DNA from: Opitutus sp. GAS368
GTDB lineage: Bacteria > Verrucomicrobiota > Verrucomicrobiia > Opitutales > Opitutaceae
Assembly (NCBI GenBank): GCA_945906965.1
Contig: CAMDRP010000001.1
Span: 32,908-96,907 of the forward strand
DNA length: 64,000 bases
Direction: 5' to 3'
The notes below the pieces were generated by a model. It was not told the DNA's origin and did no database searches. It was given only the letters and a program-made list of their open reading frames with translations. Positions within the stretch are counted from its first letter, which is position 1. The number at the start of each line of letters is the position of its first letter. Below are positions 7,478 to 18,679 of the stretch, piece after piece. The position numbers and the translations under genes were made by a program.

Positions 7478-10400
7478 TCAGCGAGATTCGGTTGGATGCG
7501 CTGGCAACGGCGCCAACGTTTCCTGTTCGATCCGATGGGCTTGTTTTAGGCCATCGGCGCTGTTTTTACCGGTGAATTTCAAACACGCCTTATCCATCAG
7601 CGTGTAAACGATCGGTATGATAAAGAGCGTGAGGACAGTCGCTATACTCAGCCCACCGACGACGACTAAGCCGAGTGGATTACGCGTCTCGGCGCCAGCG
7701 CCCTGCGCAAAGGCAATGGGAACTGCACCAAGAATGGTGGCGACGGATGTCATTAAAATCGGACGGAAGCGCAACGTCGCCGCCTCAAACACGGCCTGCG
7801 CGGCATCCAAGCCCCTCTCGACTTGGAGATGGTTAGCGAACTCTACGATAAGAATACCGTTTTTCGCCACCAACCCGATGAGCAAAATTAGCCCAAAGCG
7901 TGAGAAAATGTTATCCGTCATCGCCACCCCCCAATATCTAGAACAATAAAGCACCGTAATGCCACCGGCTATGGCGAGGACTACCCCCGTCAAAATCGTG
8001 AGCGGATGAATCCACGATTCAAACTGCGCCGCTAAAATCAAAAACGTGAACAATAGCGCTAGACCGAAAAGCTTCGAGGTGTCGCTGGCCCCTTCGACGT
8101 ACTGCCGCGATTCACCGTCCCAAGAATACGAATACCCCACCGGCAGTACCTCTCGGACCTGACGCTGGAGAAAATCCACCGCATCACCGATGGTCACTCC
8201 ATCGGCTAATTGAGATGAAACCGTAACCGAGCGTAACCGATTGAAATGAGGATAGTTTTCCGGAACGGTGTTCTCCGACCAAGTGACCAAGTTGCTTAAT
8301 TGCACCAGTTGCCCATTGCCCGATTTGACGTAAAGCCGACCAAGATCATTAGGGGTCACGCGCTCTGCGTCCTCGATTTGCAGCATGACGTAATACTGTT
8401 GGCTGCCGCGTTGGAACTGGGTCACTCGCCGGCTACCCAACATTGTTTCAAGTGTCGAGGCCACGTCGCTCACTGATACGCGCAAATCCGCCGCCTTGGC
8501 GCGATCCACGCGCACATCTAACTGCGGCTTAGTCGGGGATGGATCGAGCCGAGGCTGCGCAAAAACACCACTCTCTCGCATCTGACGCAAAATCTCCTGC
8601 CCCGACGTTTGCAGCTGATCAAACTCCGGCCCTTGTAAAACCAGTTGCACTGCCCCCGCACCTTTACCTCCACTACCGCCAAACGGACGACCGGGCGCTA
8701 CGGAAGCTTGGACCCCCGTCATTTTTGCCTGCAGCATTTTACGCATCTCCACCGTGATTTCTTGGGACTTGCGCTTGCGATCCTCCCATAATTTGAGCGT
8801 AGCGTTGATGTAAGAACTGGTGTCAGTCATCCGCATAAACGTACGGTCAATTTCCGGTAACGTTAGCGCCATTTGTTCTGCTTCGGCTGAGTAAAGTTTG
8901 AGATATTCTGGCGTGGAGCCGACGGGCGGCACCATGTTAATCGTGAAAATACCGCGATCCTCCTGCGGAACGAGCTCGCGCTGCAGTTGCGTATACAACC
9001 AACCGCCCAAGAGCGTGAAGCTGAGTCCAAAAAGCAATAACGTGAATTTGAAGCGCAACGCTACTTGCAACCACCGTGAAAACAGCGTCGTGAGACCTAC
9101 GAAAAACGGTTCCGTCTTGCGGTAAAACCAACTCTGCTCCGCTAGGTTGTTGCCGTGGCTGCGCAACAAACGCGAACAGAGCATCGGCGTAAGCGTCAGC
9201 GCGACAAATGCAGAGACGAGGACCGAGACCGCAAGAGTGATGCCGAACTCATAAAATAAACGTCCCGTCTGGCCGGATTGAAAGGCCACGGGCACAAACA
9301 CCGCAGCCAGCGTGAGGGTTGTAGCGATAACGGCAAAGGCCACCTGACGTGCGCCAAAAATCGAGGCGTGGATCACCTCTTCGCCGAGCTCAATACGGCG
9401 GTAAATATTTTCCAACATCACGATCGCATCGTCGACCACCAGTCCGATTCCCAACACGAAAGCGAGTAGCGTGAGAATATTAATCGAAAACCCCAGAGCT
9501 GCGATGATGGCAAATGACCCGATGATCGAGACGGGGATCGCGACGAGTGGGATAAGCGTCGCGCGCCAATTGCGCAGAAACAGGAAAATCATTAACACTA
9601 CAAGTATCGCCGCCTCGTAAAGCGTCTTGTAGACTTCCTGTACCGAGCGCGAAATATAAGCCGAGTCATCACGACTTACTTCGATGTTAATCCCCTCGGG
9701 CATCTGTGTTTTGAAAAGTGGAATAAGTTTTTTTACGCCGTCGATGGTTTCAAGCAGGTTAGATTGTGATTGTCGCAGAATTTGAACGCCGACGGTGGGC
9801 CGACCTTTGAACAGCGTGTCTGTGCGGTACTCCTCGGCGCCGAGTTCGACGCGCCCGACGTCGCTAAATTTGACCTGATACGTGCCTCGGGTGGCCAAAA
9901 TGAGGTTCTCAAATTCAGAAACTTCATTCATATTAGCGATGAAGCGGATGGGGAATTCGCGCGTGATCGATTCAATGCGTCCGCTCGGAACTTCGACGTT
10001 TTGCCGCCGCAACGCGATCTCGACATCACTCACGGTCAGTCCGTATGCAGCGAGCCGATCACTATCGATCCACATCCTCATCGCGTAACGTGGGCCGTCT
10101 ACGATGATCGAGCCTACGCCAGGAACCGTTTGCACTCGCGGCACAACGATGCGGTCGAGCATTTCGACGATTTCTAGTCGCGTGAATCGCGTAGAGTTGA
10201 ACGACATCGAGAGAATCGGGCTCGAGTCCGGGTCGGCTTTACTCACCCGCGGCGGGTCAATCTCGGAAGGAAGTTTCACGCGACTCACGCGGTCGCGGAT
10301 ATCGTTGGCCGCTTCGTCGATGTTACGACCGAGGTTAAATTCAATCGTGACAGACGAACGTTGCTCGGAGGAGTTGGAGCGGATGAGCCGAATGCCTTCG

Positions 10401-10621
10401 ATAGCAGCGACTTCCTTCTCAATAGGCTCCGTCAATTTTGATTCCACAACTTGCGCGGAAGCACCGGGGTAATTTGCGATGATAGAAACCGTCGGCGAAT
10501 CAACGTTAGGGTATTCGCGCACGGGCATTTCCCCAAAGCTAAGCAGACCTACCAATATAATGATAATGGATGCCACCAAGCAGATGACCGGTCGGCGGAT
10601 GGAAAGATCGGAAAGAATCAT
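7478..10621 (-). CDS. RND efflux transporter, inner-membrane permease (AcrB/HAE-type)
   Basis: 1047 aa. N-terminus MILSDLSIRRPV, GLVVDDAIVMLENIYRR motif, and a 12-TM layout with two large periplasmic loops. Confidence 0.95.
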   Translation of the reverse strand: MILSDLSIRRPVICLVASIIIILVGLLSFGEMPVREYPNVDSPTVSIIANYPGASAQVVESKLTEPIEKEVAAIEGIRLIRSNSSEQRSSVTIEFNLGRNIDEAANDIRDRVSRVKLPSEIDPPRVSKADPDSSPILSMSFNSTRFTRLEIVEMLDRIVVPRVQTVPGVGSIIVDGPRYAMRMWIDSDRLAAYGLTVSDVEIALRRQNVEVPSGRIESITREFPIRFIANMNEVSEFENLILATRGTYQVKFSDVGRVELGAEEYRTDTLFKGRPTVGVQILRQSQSNLLETIDGVKKLIPLFKTQMPEGINIEVSRDDSAYISRSVQEVYKTLYEAAILVVLMIFLFLRNWRATLIPLVAIPVSIIGSFAIIAALGFSINILTLLAFVLGIGLVVDDAIVMLENIYRRIELGEEVIHASIFGARQVAFAVIATTLTLAAVFVPVAFQSGQTGRLFYEFGITLAVSVLVSAFVALTLTPMLCSRLLRSHGNNLAEQSWFYRKTEPFFVGLTTLFSRWLQVALRFKFTLLLFGLSFTLLGGWLYTQLQRELVPQEDRGIFTINMVPPVGSTPEYLKLYSAEAEQMALTLPEIDRTFMRMTDTSSYINATLKLWEDRKRKSQEITVEMRKMLQAKMTGVQASVAPGRPFGGSGGKGAGAVQLVLQGPEFDQLQTSGQEILRQMRESGVFAQPRLDPSPTKPQLDVRVDRAKAADLRVSVSDVASTLETMLGSRRVTQFQRGSQQYYVMLQIEDAERVTPNDLGRLYVKSGNGQLVQLSNLVTWSENTVPENYPHFNRLRSVTVSSQLADGVTIGDAVDFLQRQVREVLPVGYSYSWDGESRQYVEGASDTSKLFGLALLFTFLILAAQFESWIHPLTILTGVVLAIAGGITVLYCSRYWGVAMTDNIFSRFGLILLIGLVAKNGILIVEFANHLQVERGLDAAQAVFEAATLRFRPILMTSVATILGAVPIAFAQGAGAETRNPLGLVVVGGLSIATVLTLFIIPIVYTLMDKACLKFTGKNSADGLKQAHRIEQETLAPLPAHPTESR

Positions 10622-10630
10622 GACCGTCGA

Positions 10631-11755
10631 TTAATTCGTGTCATCGACGCGAAACTCTTTGCGTAGCGGACGCGGTGCCAGTTTGGCCCCTTGAAATAGA
10701 ATCAACGCGCCTACGCCTGAAGCGACGACGGATTCTTTCTCCAGCACGGTTTCTTTTTTCACGGGCTCGATCTCCACGAGGCCTTTGCTCCTCAAACCAA
10801 GAGTAACGGGGACAAAATCTGCCGTGGGTTCGCTGCCGGCCCCGGAGCGAACCACCACGACTTGCGGGCCTTTACTGGAATTGAAAATAGAACCTTCTGG
10901 GACCGTCAAAACCGCCTTGTGCACCGCGAGAACTAATTCGACGTTGGCAAACATGCCGGGCTTCATATCTGGGGGAGGATTAGTCAGATAACCCTTCGCT
11001 TCGCTCGAACGCGTATCTGGATTGATCACCGAACTCACAAAATAAACTTCACCCGCCACCGCTTTTTCCGAATCCATTGAACGTGAACGTACGAGGAAAG
11101 CAGTGCCGATTTTGACGCGGCGCAGGAAACGTTCAGGCACTTGAAAGTCGAGTTTCAGACGACTGAGATCATCGATCGTTGTCAGCGCGGACTGGTTGGT
11201 CACGTAATCCCCCGGTGAAATCGTTCGCGCTCCGACCAAGCCGTCGAAAGGCGCCCGAATTTGAGTCTTTTCCAGCCGATTGCTCAGCATCTTGAGCTGG
11301 GCCTTCGCGGTATTAAATTCCGAGATAGCGCGGTCATGGGCGGCCTGAGTTGTGTTTTGCGCACCCAACAAAGTGACGCTCCGCTGCAGGTTTATCTCGG
11401 CGAGTTTAAACGCCTCCTGCGCTTGCGTGGTCTGAGCGACCAGCTCGGTGTCATCGATGGTGAATAGGATTTGGCTCTTGGTGACCTTTTGCCCTTCTTC
11501 GAAAAGTATGGAGCGCACTAGGCCTGCCACTTCGGCGCGCATCCGCGCGGATTCATTGGGCGCGACCGAGCCCACCAAGCTGAGTGTCTCGGTGACATCC
11601 CGGCGCTCGACAGCAATCACTTCAACCGGCTGCACCACGGCGTTGGCTGCAGCTTTGCGCACTTCGCCACGCTTATCCTTGCATCCCCACAACATGAGTA
11701 GGCTAATCACTATCAAAAATGCAGGACGTAACGCGCGAGAATAAGATTGAGACAT
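10631..11755 (-). CDS. RND efflux periplasmic adaptor (membrane fusion protein)
   Basis: 374 aa. Lipoprotein-type signal (LLMLWGC), a coiled-coil hairpin and barrel domains. It lies immediately upstream of the RND permease on the same strand. Confidence 0.9.
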   Translation of the reverse strand: MSQSYSRALRPAFLIVISLLMLWGCKDKRGEVRKAAANAVVQPVEVIAVERRDVTETLSLVGSVAPNESARMRAEVAGLVRSILFEEGQKVTKSQILFTIDDTELVAQTTQAQEAFKLAEINLQRSVTLLGAQNTTQAAHDRAISEFNTAKAQLKMLSNRLEKTQIRAPFDGLVGARTISPGDYVTNQSALTTIDDLSRLKLDFQVPERFLRRVKIGTAFLVRSRSMDSEKAVAGEVYFVSSVINPDTRSSEAKGYLTNPPPDMKPGMFANVELVLAVHKAVLTVPEGSIFNSSKGPQVVVVRSGAGSEPTADFVPVTLGLRSKGLVEIEPVKKETVLEKESVVASGVGALILFQGAKLAPRPLRKEFRVDDTN

Positions 11756-11838
11756 TGCGATGAGAAAGACCAGACGCAGACAGAAAAGACTCTTAGGGAA
11801 ATCGCCTCCACTCGATCAGAGACGATTCAACACCCATT

Positions 11839-12222
11839 TTAGCTAAGTAAATTCCGATAAGCAGCGGCGTCCAACAGCGAAGCTGCTGCCGCGGGATCGG
11901 CTAGTTTCACTTTTAAAATCCAGCCTCCAGCATAAGGCGCGGAGTTGACCGTTTCGGGCGCACTTTCCAGCGCCGCGTTTACGGCGAGAATGGTGCCGGC
12001 GACCGGCAGGTACAAATCCGAGGCGGCTTTGACCGATTCGACGACCCCAAACGTGTCCCCAGCCTTAAGCACGGCACCGATCTTGGGCAATTGCACATAG
12101 GTGATATCGCCCAAGGCGGCCTGCGCGTAATCCGTGATGCCGATGGTGGCGATACCGTCGGCTTCGAGGTTAAGCCATTCGTGGGATTTCGCGTAGCGGA
12201 GTTGGTCAGGGACATTGCTCAT
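11839..12222 (-). CDS. gcvH: Glycine cleavage system H protein
   Basis: The sequence [17 protein letters not shown]...[11 protein letters not shown] contains the lipoyl-lysine motif (ESVKA). The start was trimmed to the ATG at 12222, which overlaps the gcvT stop (ATGA). Confidence 0.9.
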   Translation of the reverse strand: MSNVPDQLRYAKSHEWLNLEADGIATIGITDYAQAALGDITYVQLPKIGAVLKAGDTFGVVESVKAASDLYLPVAGTILAVNAALESAPETVNSAPYAGGWILKVKLADPAAAASLLDAAAYRNLLS

Positions 12223-13322
12223 GATGATTTTTTCAATGGTACGAAGGGTGGTTTTACGAGGTGTAAATTCAATTTTGCCCCACGGATATCCACGGCCAAA
12301 GGCTGAGCGGCAGCCGCGGTCGCTACCCACGCGGAGCCGATGGATTCGTTGAGGATGGGTGAAAGCGTACCGGATAAAACCCGGCCAACCATTAATCCGT
12401 CCGCGTCCAAGACTGGCGTATCAGCACGTACGATACGGCGGTCGCCCGTTTTAAAAAAGACAACCTGATGCGAGCCGCCTTTTTGCTTCTCCGCCAAAAG
12501 TGAGGTTCGGCCAATAAAATCAGTGCCTTTATCGAGTTTGACCGTCCAGCCGAGGCCGGCGGTGAGCGGCGAGATTTCTTGCGTGATTTCATGGCCGTAC
12601 AGCGGATAACCGGCTTCGAGTCGGAGGCTGTCACGCGCGCCCAGACCCGCTAGTTCGAGCCCATGCGGAGCCCCGGCCGTCAAAATGGCTTCCGCCAAGC
12701 CAACCGCATCGCCGGCCGCATGGTAAAGTTCTAGGCCATCTTCGCCAGTGTAACCCGTGCGACTAATCAAGCAGTGCACGCCAGCGACGGTGCCCTCCGT
12801 GAAGTGATAATACTTCACGAGACCAAGCTTGGCCCCGGTCAAGGCCTGCACGATTTCAACGGCCTTGGGCCCTTGAATCGCCAGCAGCGCGTAGTCCTCG
12901 CAGCGATCCGTGATCGTGACGGCAAACGCTGTAGCCTGTTCGCGAATCCAAGCGAGATCTTTGGCGATGTTGCCAGCGTTGATGCACAGAAAATAATCTT
13001 CCGTGCCTCGCATGTACACGAGCAGATCGTCCACCACCCCCCCGTGTGGATAACACATCGGCGAATAAAGCACGCGACCCGGAAAGAGTTTAGCCACGTC
13101 GTTAGTGACGAGGTAATTCAAAAACTTAGCCGCCTCCGGGCCGCGCACATCAACTTCACCCATATGGCTGACATCGAACATCCCGGCTGCGCGGCGCACG
13201 ACCTTGTGCTCTTCTAAGATGCTGCGGTATTGCACGGGCATTTCCCAACCCGCGAAATCGACGAGTCGGGCACCATGGGCGGCGTGGAAATCGCGCAGCG
13301 GAGTGCGTTGGAGGTCGCTCAT
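12219..13322 (-). CDS. gcvT: Glycine cleavage system aminomethyltransferase T
   Basis: [32 protein letters not shown] is a classic GcvT N-terminus. The start was trimmed from the listed 13418 to the ATG at 13322. Confidence 0.9.
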   Translation of the reverse strand: MSDLQRTPLRDFHAAHGARLVDFAGWEMPVQYRSILEEHKVVRRAAGMFDVSHMGEVDVRGPEAAKFLNYLVTNDVAKLFPGRVLYSPMCYPHGGVVDDLLVYMRGTEDYFLCINAGNIAKDLAWIREQATAFAVTITDRCEDYALLAIQGPKAVEIVQALTGAKLGLVKYYHFTEGTVAGVHCLISRTGYTGEDGLELYHAAGDAVGLAEAILTAGAPHGLELAGLGARDSLRLEAGYPLYGHEITQEISPLTAGLGWTVKLDKGTDFIGRTSLLAEKQKGGSHQVVFFKTGDRRIVRADTPVLDADGLMVGRVLSGTLSPILNESIGSAWVATAAAAQPLAVDIRGAKLNLHLVKPPFVPLKKSS

Positions 13323-13429
13323 GGTTTTCACTACGGGCGCAGGGGTTGGACGCGGCAAGGCTCTTTTCCCCCCTTGCCATGATTCGCAGTTTGTATTCGC
13401 CAACCGCGCTGGGTGCATAAACTAACGTC

Positions 13430-14473
13430 ATGCAATGGCTGGTCACCACAATCCTTCTCACTCTCGGCATTTCCTTCATGTGTTCGATGCTAGAGGCCAT
13501 TGTGCTCAGCACCACGGTCACGGAAATCGAGCGTCTTAAAAAGAGCCGGCCGCGTCGCGGGCTGCGCTTGGAAATTATCAAACACGAGCTCGACGCCACG
13601 ATCTCGGCGATCCTGACGCTCAACACCATCGCCAATACGCTCGGTTCGATGCTCATCGGTAGCCTCGCCGCTACCTTGTTCAATGAAGTGGTGGTCGGCA
13701 TTCTCTCTGGTTTGCTGACTCTCGCGGTACTCGTTTTTTCCGAAGTACTGCCCAAAAGCCTTGGCGTCGCTTACCGCAAAACGCTGCAGCCGCATGTGGT
13801 TTATCCGATCTGGTGGATGCGCCGAGCGTTAGTTCCCATCACGTATTTATGCAACATGGTCGTGAGGTTATTCATCCGCAATGTACCCGAGATCCAGCAC
13901 TCAGAGGAAGAAATCCTTCTCCTCGCCGAGCGCGGTGCCCAGCAAGGCACGCTGACCAAGAGTGAATCAAACATCATCACCAACGCTCTATCCTTGGACA
14001 ACGTACGCGTGAGCACCCTGATGACACCCCGCACCGTGATTACCGCCCTTCGCCGTGATGCGACGATCACCGATGTGTTTCGCGAATTACCCAGCGTGCC
14101 TTTCGGTCGGATGCCCGTCTACGGGCGTAATATCGATGACATAGTAGGACTCGTGCGTAGGCGCGACCTACTCAAAGCCAAGGCCAATGATCAGGACGCC
14201 TGCACCGTCGCTCAACTCCTGACGGAAGCCCATTTCATCCCAGAAACCGTGGCCGTTGCCCAAGCGCTCCATCTCTGCCTGAAGGTACACACCAAAATGC
14301 TCATCGTCGTCGATGAATTCGGCGCGACCGCCGGCGTACTTACGATGGAAGATATCATCGAACACATCTTGGGTCGCGAAATTTTCGAAAAAGACGACGT
14401 CGCTGTCGACATGCGCGAACTCGCCCGCTCACAACAACAGCGCTCGATCAAGCCCTCTCAGGCTAAAGATTAA
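13430..14473 (+). CDS. CNNM/CorC-type transporter-associated protein (DUF21 membrane domain plus CBS pair)
   Basis: 347 aa. N-terminal DUF21-like TM region, then a CBS pair (LMTPRTVITAL...; VDEFGATAGVLTMEDIIEHILG). No C-terminal CorC_HlyC-like domain is visible. Confidence 0.8.
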   Translation: MQWLVTTILLTLGISFMCSMLEAIVLSTTVTEIERLKKSRPRRGLRLEIIKHELDATISAILTLNTIANTLGSMLIGSLAATLFNEVVVGILSGLLTLAVLVFSEVLPKSLGVAYRKTLQPHVVYPIWWMRRALVPITYLCNMVVRLFIRNVPEIQHSEEEILLLAERGAQQGTLTKSESNIITNALSLDNVRVSTLMTPRTVITALRRDATITDVFRELPSVPFGRMPVYGRNIDDIVGLVRRRDLLKAKANDQDACTVAQLLTEAHFIPETVAVAQALHLCLKVHTKMLIVVDEFGATAGVLTMEDIIEHILGREIFEKDDVAVDMRELARSQQQRSIKPSQAKD

Positions 14474-14487
14474 TCCACCTCAAAATC

Positions 14488-15315
14488 ATGCTACTCGCCT
14501 ATTGGGTGCACGACCTCAGCCCATTTTTGATTCGGTTCACCGACACGATTGGCATCCGCTACTATGGGCTTTCCTACATGTTGGGATTTCTCACGGCCGG
14601 CTGGTTGCTACGACGTTACGCTCTCGCCGGTCGGTCGCCCTTGCGCGTGGAAAAAATCGCCGACCTCATCGTCTGGCTTGTGTTCGGCGTGCTGCTGGGC
14701 GGTCGCTTGGGTTATTTTATTTTGTATCAACCTGAAACTTTTTTTTCGGATCCACTGGCGCTGTTCAAATTATGGGAAGGCGGCATGGCCAGTCACGGCG
14801 GATTCGCCGGAGTGGGCGTGGCTATTTGGGGCTTCGCGCGAACGCAAAAAATTCCGTTTTTACACTGCTGTGATCTCATCGCTTCTTGTGCCGCAGCCGG
14901 GCTCATGTTTGGCCGGATAGCCAATTTCATTAACGGCGAGCTTTGGGGGAAAATCACCGACGTGTCTTGGGCGGTTATTTTCCCCCTCAGCGCGGCGCCC
15001 GAGACTCCTCTTTTTCAAATTTTGCCGCGTCATCCGTCGCAACTTTATCAGGCAGCTCTGGAGGGCGCGTTATTGCTCGCGTTTATGCAGTGGCGTTTTT
15101 GGCGGAGCCCTGTGATTCGAACCCAACCGGGAAGATTGACCGGAGAATTCTGGCTGGCCTACGCCGCGATGCGCGTCATCGGCGAACTCTTCCGCGAACC
15201 TGACGCAGGTTTGATCATGGGGCTGAGTCGAGGCACGTTTTACTCGTTATTCTTAGTCTTGGGCGGCTTAATTTTCCTCAGTTACTCACGCCAGAGAAAT
15301 CATACCCATATCTGA
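14488..15315 (+). CDS. lgt: Prolipoprotein diacylglyceryl transferase
   Basis: 275 aa polytopic protein. Family-typical motifs include IRYYGLSYMLGF, WEGGMASHGG, GRIANFINGELWG and HPSQLYQAALEG. Confidence 0.9.
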   Translation: MLLAYWVHDLSPFLIRFTDTIGIRYYGLSYMLGFLTAGWLLRRYALAGRSPLRVEKIADLIVWLVFGVLLGGRLGYFILYQPETFFSDPLALFKLWEGGMASHGGFAGVGVAIWGFARTQKIPFLHCCDLIASCAAAGLMFGRIANFINGELWGKITDVSWAVIFPLSAAPETPLFQILPRHPSQLYQAALEGALLLAFMQWRFWRSPVIRTQPGRLTGEFWLAYAAMRVIGELFREPDAGLIMGLSRGTFYSLFLVLGGLIFLSYSRQRNHTHI

Positions 15316-15386
15316 ATGCACGCTCAACGGGACCCGGCCAGCGCTTATCGCTTCGGGCGGGACCGTCACCGTATCGCCTGAGCGGT

Positions 15387-16679
15387 TCAAACGACCGTAC
15401 CAGGCGGTAAGATGCCGCCCTTGGACACCACGAGCACGCCGTCACGAATGATCACTACACCATTGGCATATTTGCCGTCAGCCTTACCGGTCGCATCAAG
15501 ACTGCAGCCATAGCCAATGCGCGCGTTTTTGTCGATAATCGCGCCCTTGATGCGGCAATTTTTCCCCACACCTAACGACGGCCGACCACGCTCGGTGTTC
15601 GTCGCCAACTGCGCTTCAGTTTCATAATAATCTGAACCCATCACGATGGTGTCTTCCAAGGTGCAGCCTTCAGAGACAAAAGAGCGAATACCAAAGACAC
15701 AGCGCTTGATGCTAGAATCAGCCAAGATCGAGCCGTCGCCGATCACGGCGTGATTGATGTGGCAGTTATTGAGTTTGGACGCGGGCAGATAGCGATCTTG
15801 GGTATAAATGGGGGCCGAGGGATCGAAGAAATTAAACGGTGGCAGCGGCTGGGCCAGCGCGAGGTTAGCTTCAAAAAAGGCACGCACCGTACCGATGTCT
15901 TCCCAGTAACCTTCGAAAATATGGGCGCACAGTTTCATTTTCCCGAGCAAACTAGGAATGACCTCTTTGCCGAAATCGGTCATCGTGTTGTCGAGGGCCT
16001 CGGCGAGGGCCGCTCGGTTGAAAACATAAATACCCATCGAGGCGAGGCAGCGCGGCTCAACGGATGGAGCTTTAAGTTTAGCCTCAAGTGCAGGACTCAA
16101 CGTGAGGCCAGCGATGATCGCAGGGTCTTTGGGTTTTTCGACGAAACGCGCGATGGTGAGATCGTCGTTCACCTGCATGAGTCCCAAACCCTCAATTTTC
16201 GAAACCGGAAATGGGATCGCCGCAATCGTGACATCCGCCTTGGTCGCGAGGTGTTGCGCGATGATCTCACGATAATCCATCCGGTAAAGTTGATCGCCCG
16301 AAAGAATCAGCACCAGATCGTGCTCGAAGGAGCGAAAATGAACGAGATTGCGGCGCACGGCATCGGCGGTGCCTTGGTACCAATCCACGGTCTTCTCTGT
16401 CTGTTCGGCGGACATGATATCAACAAAACCACCGCCAAACGGATCGAAATGATAAGTGCCTTGGACGTGCCGGTGCAACGAAGCCGTCTGAAACTGCGTG
16501 AGCAAAAATATGCGGTTAATCTCTGAATTGATACAATTTGAGATCGGAATATCGACGAGGCGGTATTTGCCCGCGAGGGGCACGGCCGGCTTGCAGCGCT
16601 CCAGCGTGAGCGGCGAAAGTCGCGTCCCGCGACCACCGCCCATGACCACTGCCAGAGTTTGTTTACGTCGTTCGGCCAT
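15387..16679 (-). CDS. glgC: Glucose-1-phosphate adenylyltransferase
   Basis: 430 aa. N-terminal GGGRGTRLSPLT nucleotide-binding motif, YWEDIGT motif and C-terminal left-handed beta-helix repeats. Confidence 0.9.
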   Translation of the reverse strand: MAERRKQTLAVVMGGGRGTRLSPLTLERCKPAVPLAGKYRLVDIPISNCINSEINRIFLLTQFQTASLHRHVQGTYHFDPFGGGFVDIMSAEQTEKTVDWYQGTADAVRRNLVHFRSFEHDLVLILSGDQLYRMDYREIIAQHLATKADVTIAAIPFPVSKIEGLGLMQVNDDLTIARFVEKPKDPAIIAGLTLSPALEAKLKAPSVEPRCLASMGIYVFNRAALAEALDNTMTDFGKEVIPSLLGKMKLCAHIFEGYWEDIGTVRAFFEANLALAQPLPPFNFFDPSAPIYTQDRYLPASKLNNCHINHAVIGDGSILADSSIKRCVFGIRSFVSEGCTLEDTIVMGSDYYETEAQLATNTERGRPSLGVGKNCRIKGAIIDKNARIGYGCSLDATGKADGKYANGVVIIRDGVLVVSKGGILPPGTVV

Positions 16680-16743
16680 ATTATGAAAAATCAGTTGTCA
16701 TTCTTTATTACCAAGATGCACTCGTAAACAAATTTTATAAAAT

Positions 16744-18594
16744 ATGTGTGGAATCATTGGTTACGTTGGAAAACAAAAAGCAGCCCCATTTATCCTAGAG
16801 GGTCTAAAGCGTCTGGAATACCGCGGCTATGATTCTGCAGGTGTCGCTATTTTTCAAAATGGGTCTTTTTCCGTTCTTAAAAAAATCGGTCGTGTGGCTA
16901 ATCTCGAGCTTGAAGTCGCCAAGGTGAATCTTGGCGGTACTTACGGCATTGGCCACACCCGCTGGGCTACGCACGGTGGGGTGACTGACTTCAATGCCCA
17001 TCCCCATCTGAGCAGCGACGGAAAATTCGCTCTGATTCATAACGGCGTGATCGAAAATTACGCCTCGATGAAAAAATACCTGCTCGGCAAAGAATATACG
17101 TTCGCTTCCGAGACCGACAGCGAGGCGCTCTGCAATTTGATAGCCTACCATTACGCGAAGGAACCCGTTACCCCTCAGCAGAACCGGTTTTTGACCAGCG
17201 TCCGCAAGGCCCTGTTGCACGCTGAGGGCACTTACGGCATCGTCGTCATGTGCCTTGATCACCCTGGGGAAATGGTGGCAGCGCGCAAAGGCTCACCCCT
17301 TATCTTGGGCTTGGGTGATGGCGAAAATATCATCGCCAGCGATGTATCCGCCATCATCGCACGCACGCAGAGTGTGGTTTATCTCAACGACGGAGAGATT
17401 GTGTATTGTACGGCAAAAGAATTTCAAATCACCACTCTGGCCCTTGAAGCGGTTTCACCGACCGTAGCTAAAGTCACCTGGAATGTAGCCGATGCCGAGA
17501 AAGGGGCTTACGCGCACTTCATGGAGAAGGAGATTTTCGAGCAACCACTTGCCCTAGAAAATACCATGCGCGGGCGCTTCTCCGGAGACGCTAGCACGGC
17601 GAATTTTGGTGGGCTCAACACCACGCCAATTGAGTTCCGCGGGATCGAGCGATTTATGTTCTGCGCCTGTGGCACGGCTTTACACGCGTGCATGGTCACG
17701 GAACATCTCATCGAGCAATATGCCCGAACGCCGGTCGAATGCGATTATGCCTCGGAGTTCCGTTACCGCAACGCTCCACTTTTTCGCAATACGCTCTTTT
17801 TTGTAATGAGCCAATCAGGTGAAACCATTGATACCCTTGCGGCACTGCGTGAAGCTAAGCGCAAAGGCTACAAGGTGCTAGCGATTAACAACGTCGTTGG
17901 TTCGAGCATCGCCCGTGAAGCGGATGGCGGCATTTACCAGCACGTCGGTCCCGAGATCGGCGTAGCCTCGACTAAAGCATTTACGTCGCAACTTTTGATC
18001 GGTGCGATGCTCGCACTTTATATCGGCAGAATGCGTGACATGAGTTTTGGTGAAGGCGTGCGCTACGTCACTGCGCTTAAATCCGCGCCCAATCTGGTGC
18101 GTAAGGCTCTCGAACAAGCGCCGCACATTCGAGAAATCGCCAAGCGCTACGCGCATCATGCCGACATGCTCTTTCTTGGTCGCATGTCTCTTTTCCCGAT
18201 CGCACTTGAAGGCGCGCTCAAGTTGAAAGAAATTTCTTACATACATGCCGAGGGTTATCCGGCGGCCGAGATGAAACACGGCCCCATTGCCTTAATCAGC
18301 GAGCATTGCCCCAGTGTATTTTTCGCACCGCGTGGCGAAATTTTGAATAAAATAATTTCCTCGATGCAGGAAATCAAAGCCCGCAAAGGTCCGGTCATTG
18401 CAATCATTACCGAAGGCGTCGAGCTTCCCGAAGGTCTGGCTGATGAACTGATCGTCATCCCAGATTGCCACGACGCGGTGCTGCCGATTGTTGCTTCAAT
18501 TCCGGTTCAGCTTTTGAGTTATTACATCGCGATCGAACGTGGTTGTGACGTCGACAAACCTCGTAATTTAGCCAAATCAGTTACGGTTGAATAA
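16744..18594 (+). CDS. glmS: Glutamine--fructose-6-phosphate aminotransferase (isomerising)
   Basis: 616 aa. Starts MCGIIGYVG (catalytic Cys2), has two SIS domains and ends with the typical LAKSVTVE. Confidence 0.95.
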   Translation: MCGIIGYVGKQKAAPFILEGLKRLEYRGYDSAGVAIFQNGSFSVLKKIGRVANLELEVAKVNLGGTYGIGHTRWATHGGVTDFNAHPHLSSDGKFALIHNGVIENYASMKKYLLGKEYTFASETDSEALCNLIAYHYAKEPVTPQQNRFLTSVRKALLHAEGTYGIVVMCLDHPGEMVAARKGSPLILGLGDGENIIASDVSAIIARTQSVVYLNDGEIVYCTAKEFQITTLALEAVSPTVAKVTWNVADAEKGAYAHFMEKEIFEQPLALENTMRGRFSGDASTANFGGLNTTPIEFRGIERFMFCACGTALHACMVTEHLIEQYARTPVECDYASEFRYRNAPLFRNTLFFVMSQSGETIDTLAALREAKRKGYKVLAINNVVGSSIAREADGGIYQHVGPEIGVASTKAFTSQLLIGAMLALYIGRMRDMSFGEGVRYVTALKSAPNLVRKALEQAPHIREIAKRYAHHADMLFLGRMSLFPIALEGALKLKEISYIHAEGYPAAEMKHGPIALISEHCPSVFFAPRGEILNKIISSMQEIKARKGPVIAIITEGVELPEGLADELIVIPDCHDAVLPIVASIPVQLLSYYIAIERGCDVDKPRNLAKSVTVE

Positions 18595-18679
18595 AGCGTC
18601 TGCCGCCGGCTATCATACACGTCTGCGGAAACGGCCTTGCCCGGCGTTGAACGGCCTCGCATATCCCAAGTCTTAGCCG

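Noticed and set aside
13323-13429. Possible glycine riboswitch in the gcvT leader. A hairpin GGCAAGG...CCTTGCC and flanking TTGG/CCAA pairing are present.
   Set aside because: I could not find the conserved aptamer cores (GGAGAG-type 5' element, ACCGAAGGGGCAA-like core). The 107-nt spacer is shared with a divergent gene and is short even for a single aptamer. A covariance-model scan (Rfam RF00504) would settle it.
16680-16743. glmS ribozyme upstream of glmS.
   Set aside because: The intergenic spacer is only 64 nt and AT-rich. That is far too short for the ribozyme, which is about 170 nt.
18595-18679. Trp leader/attenuator upstream of trpE.
   Set aside because: There is no small ORF with tandem TGG codons and no hairpin followed by a T-run. 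Only a weak GGCC...GGCC pairing is present.
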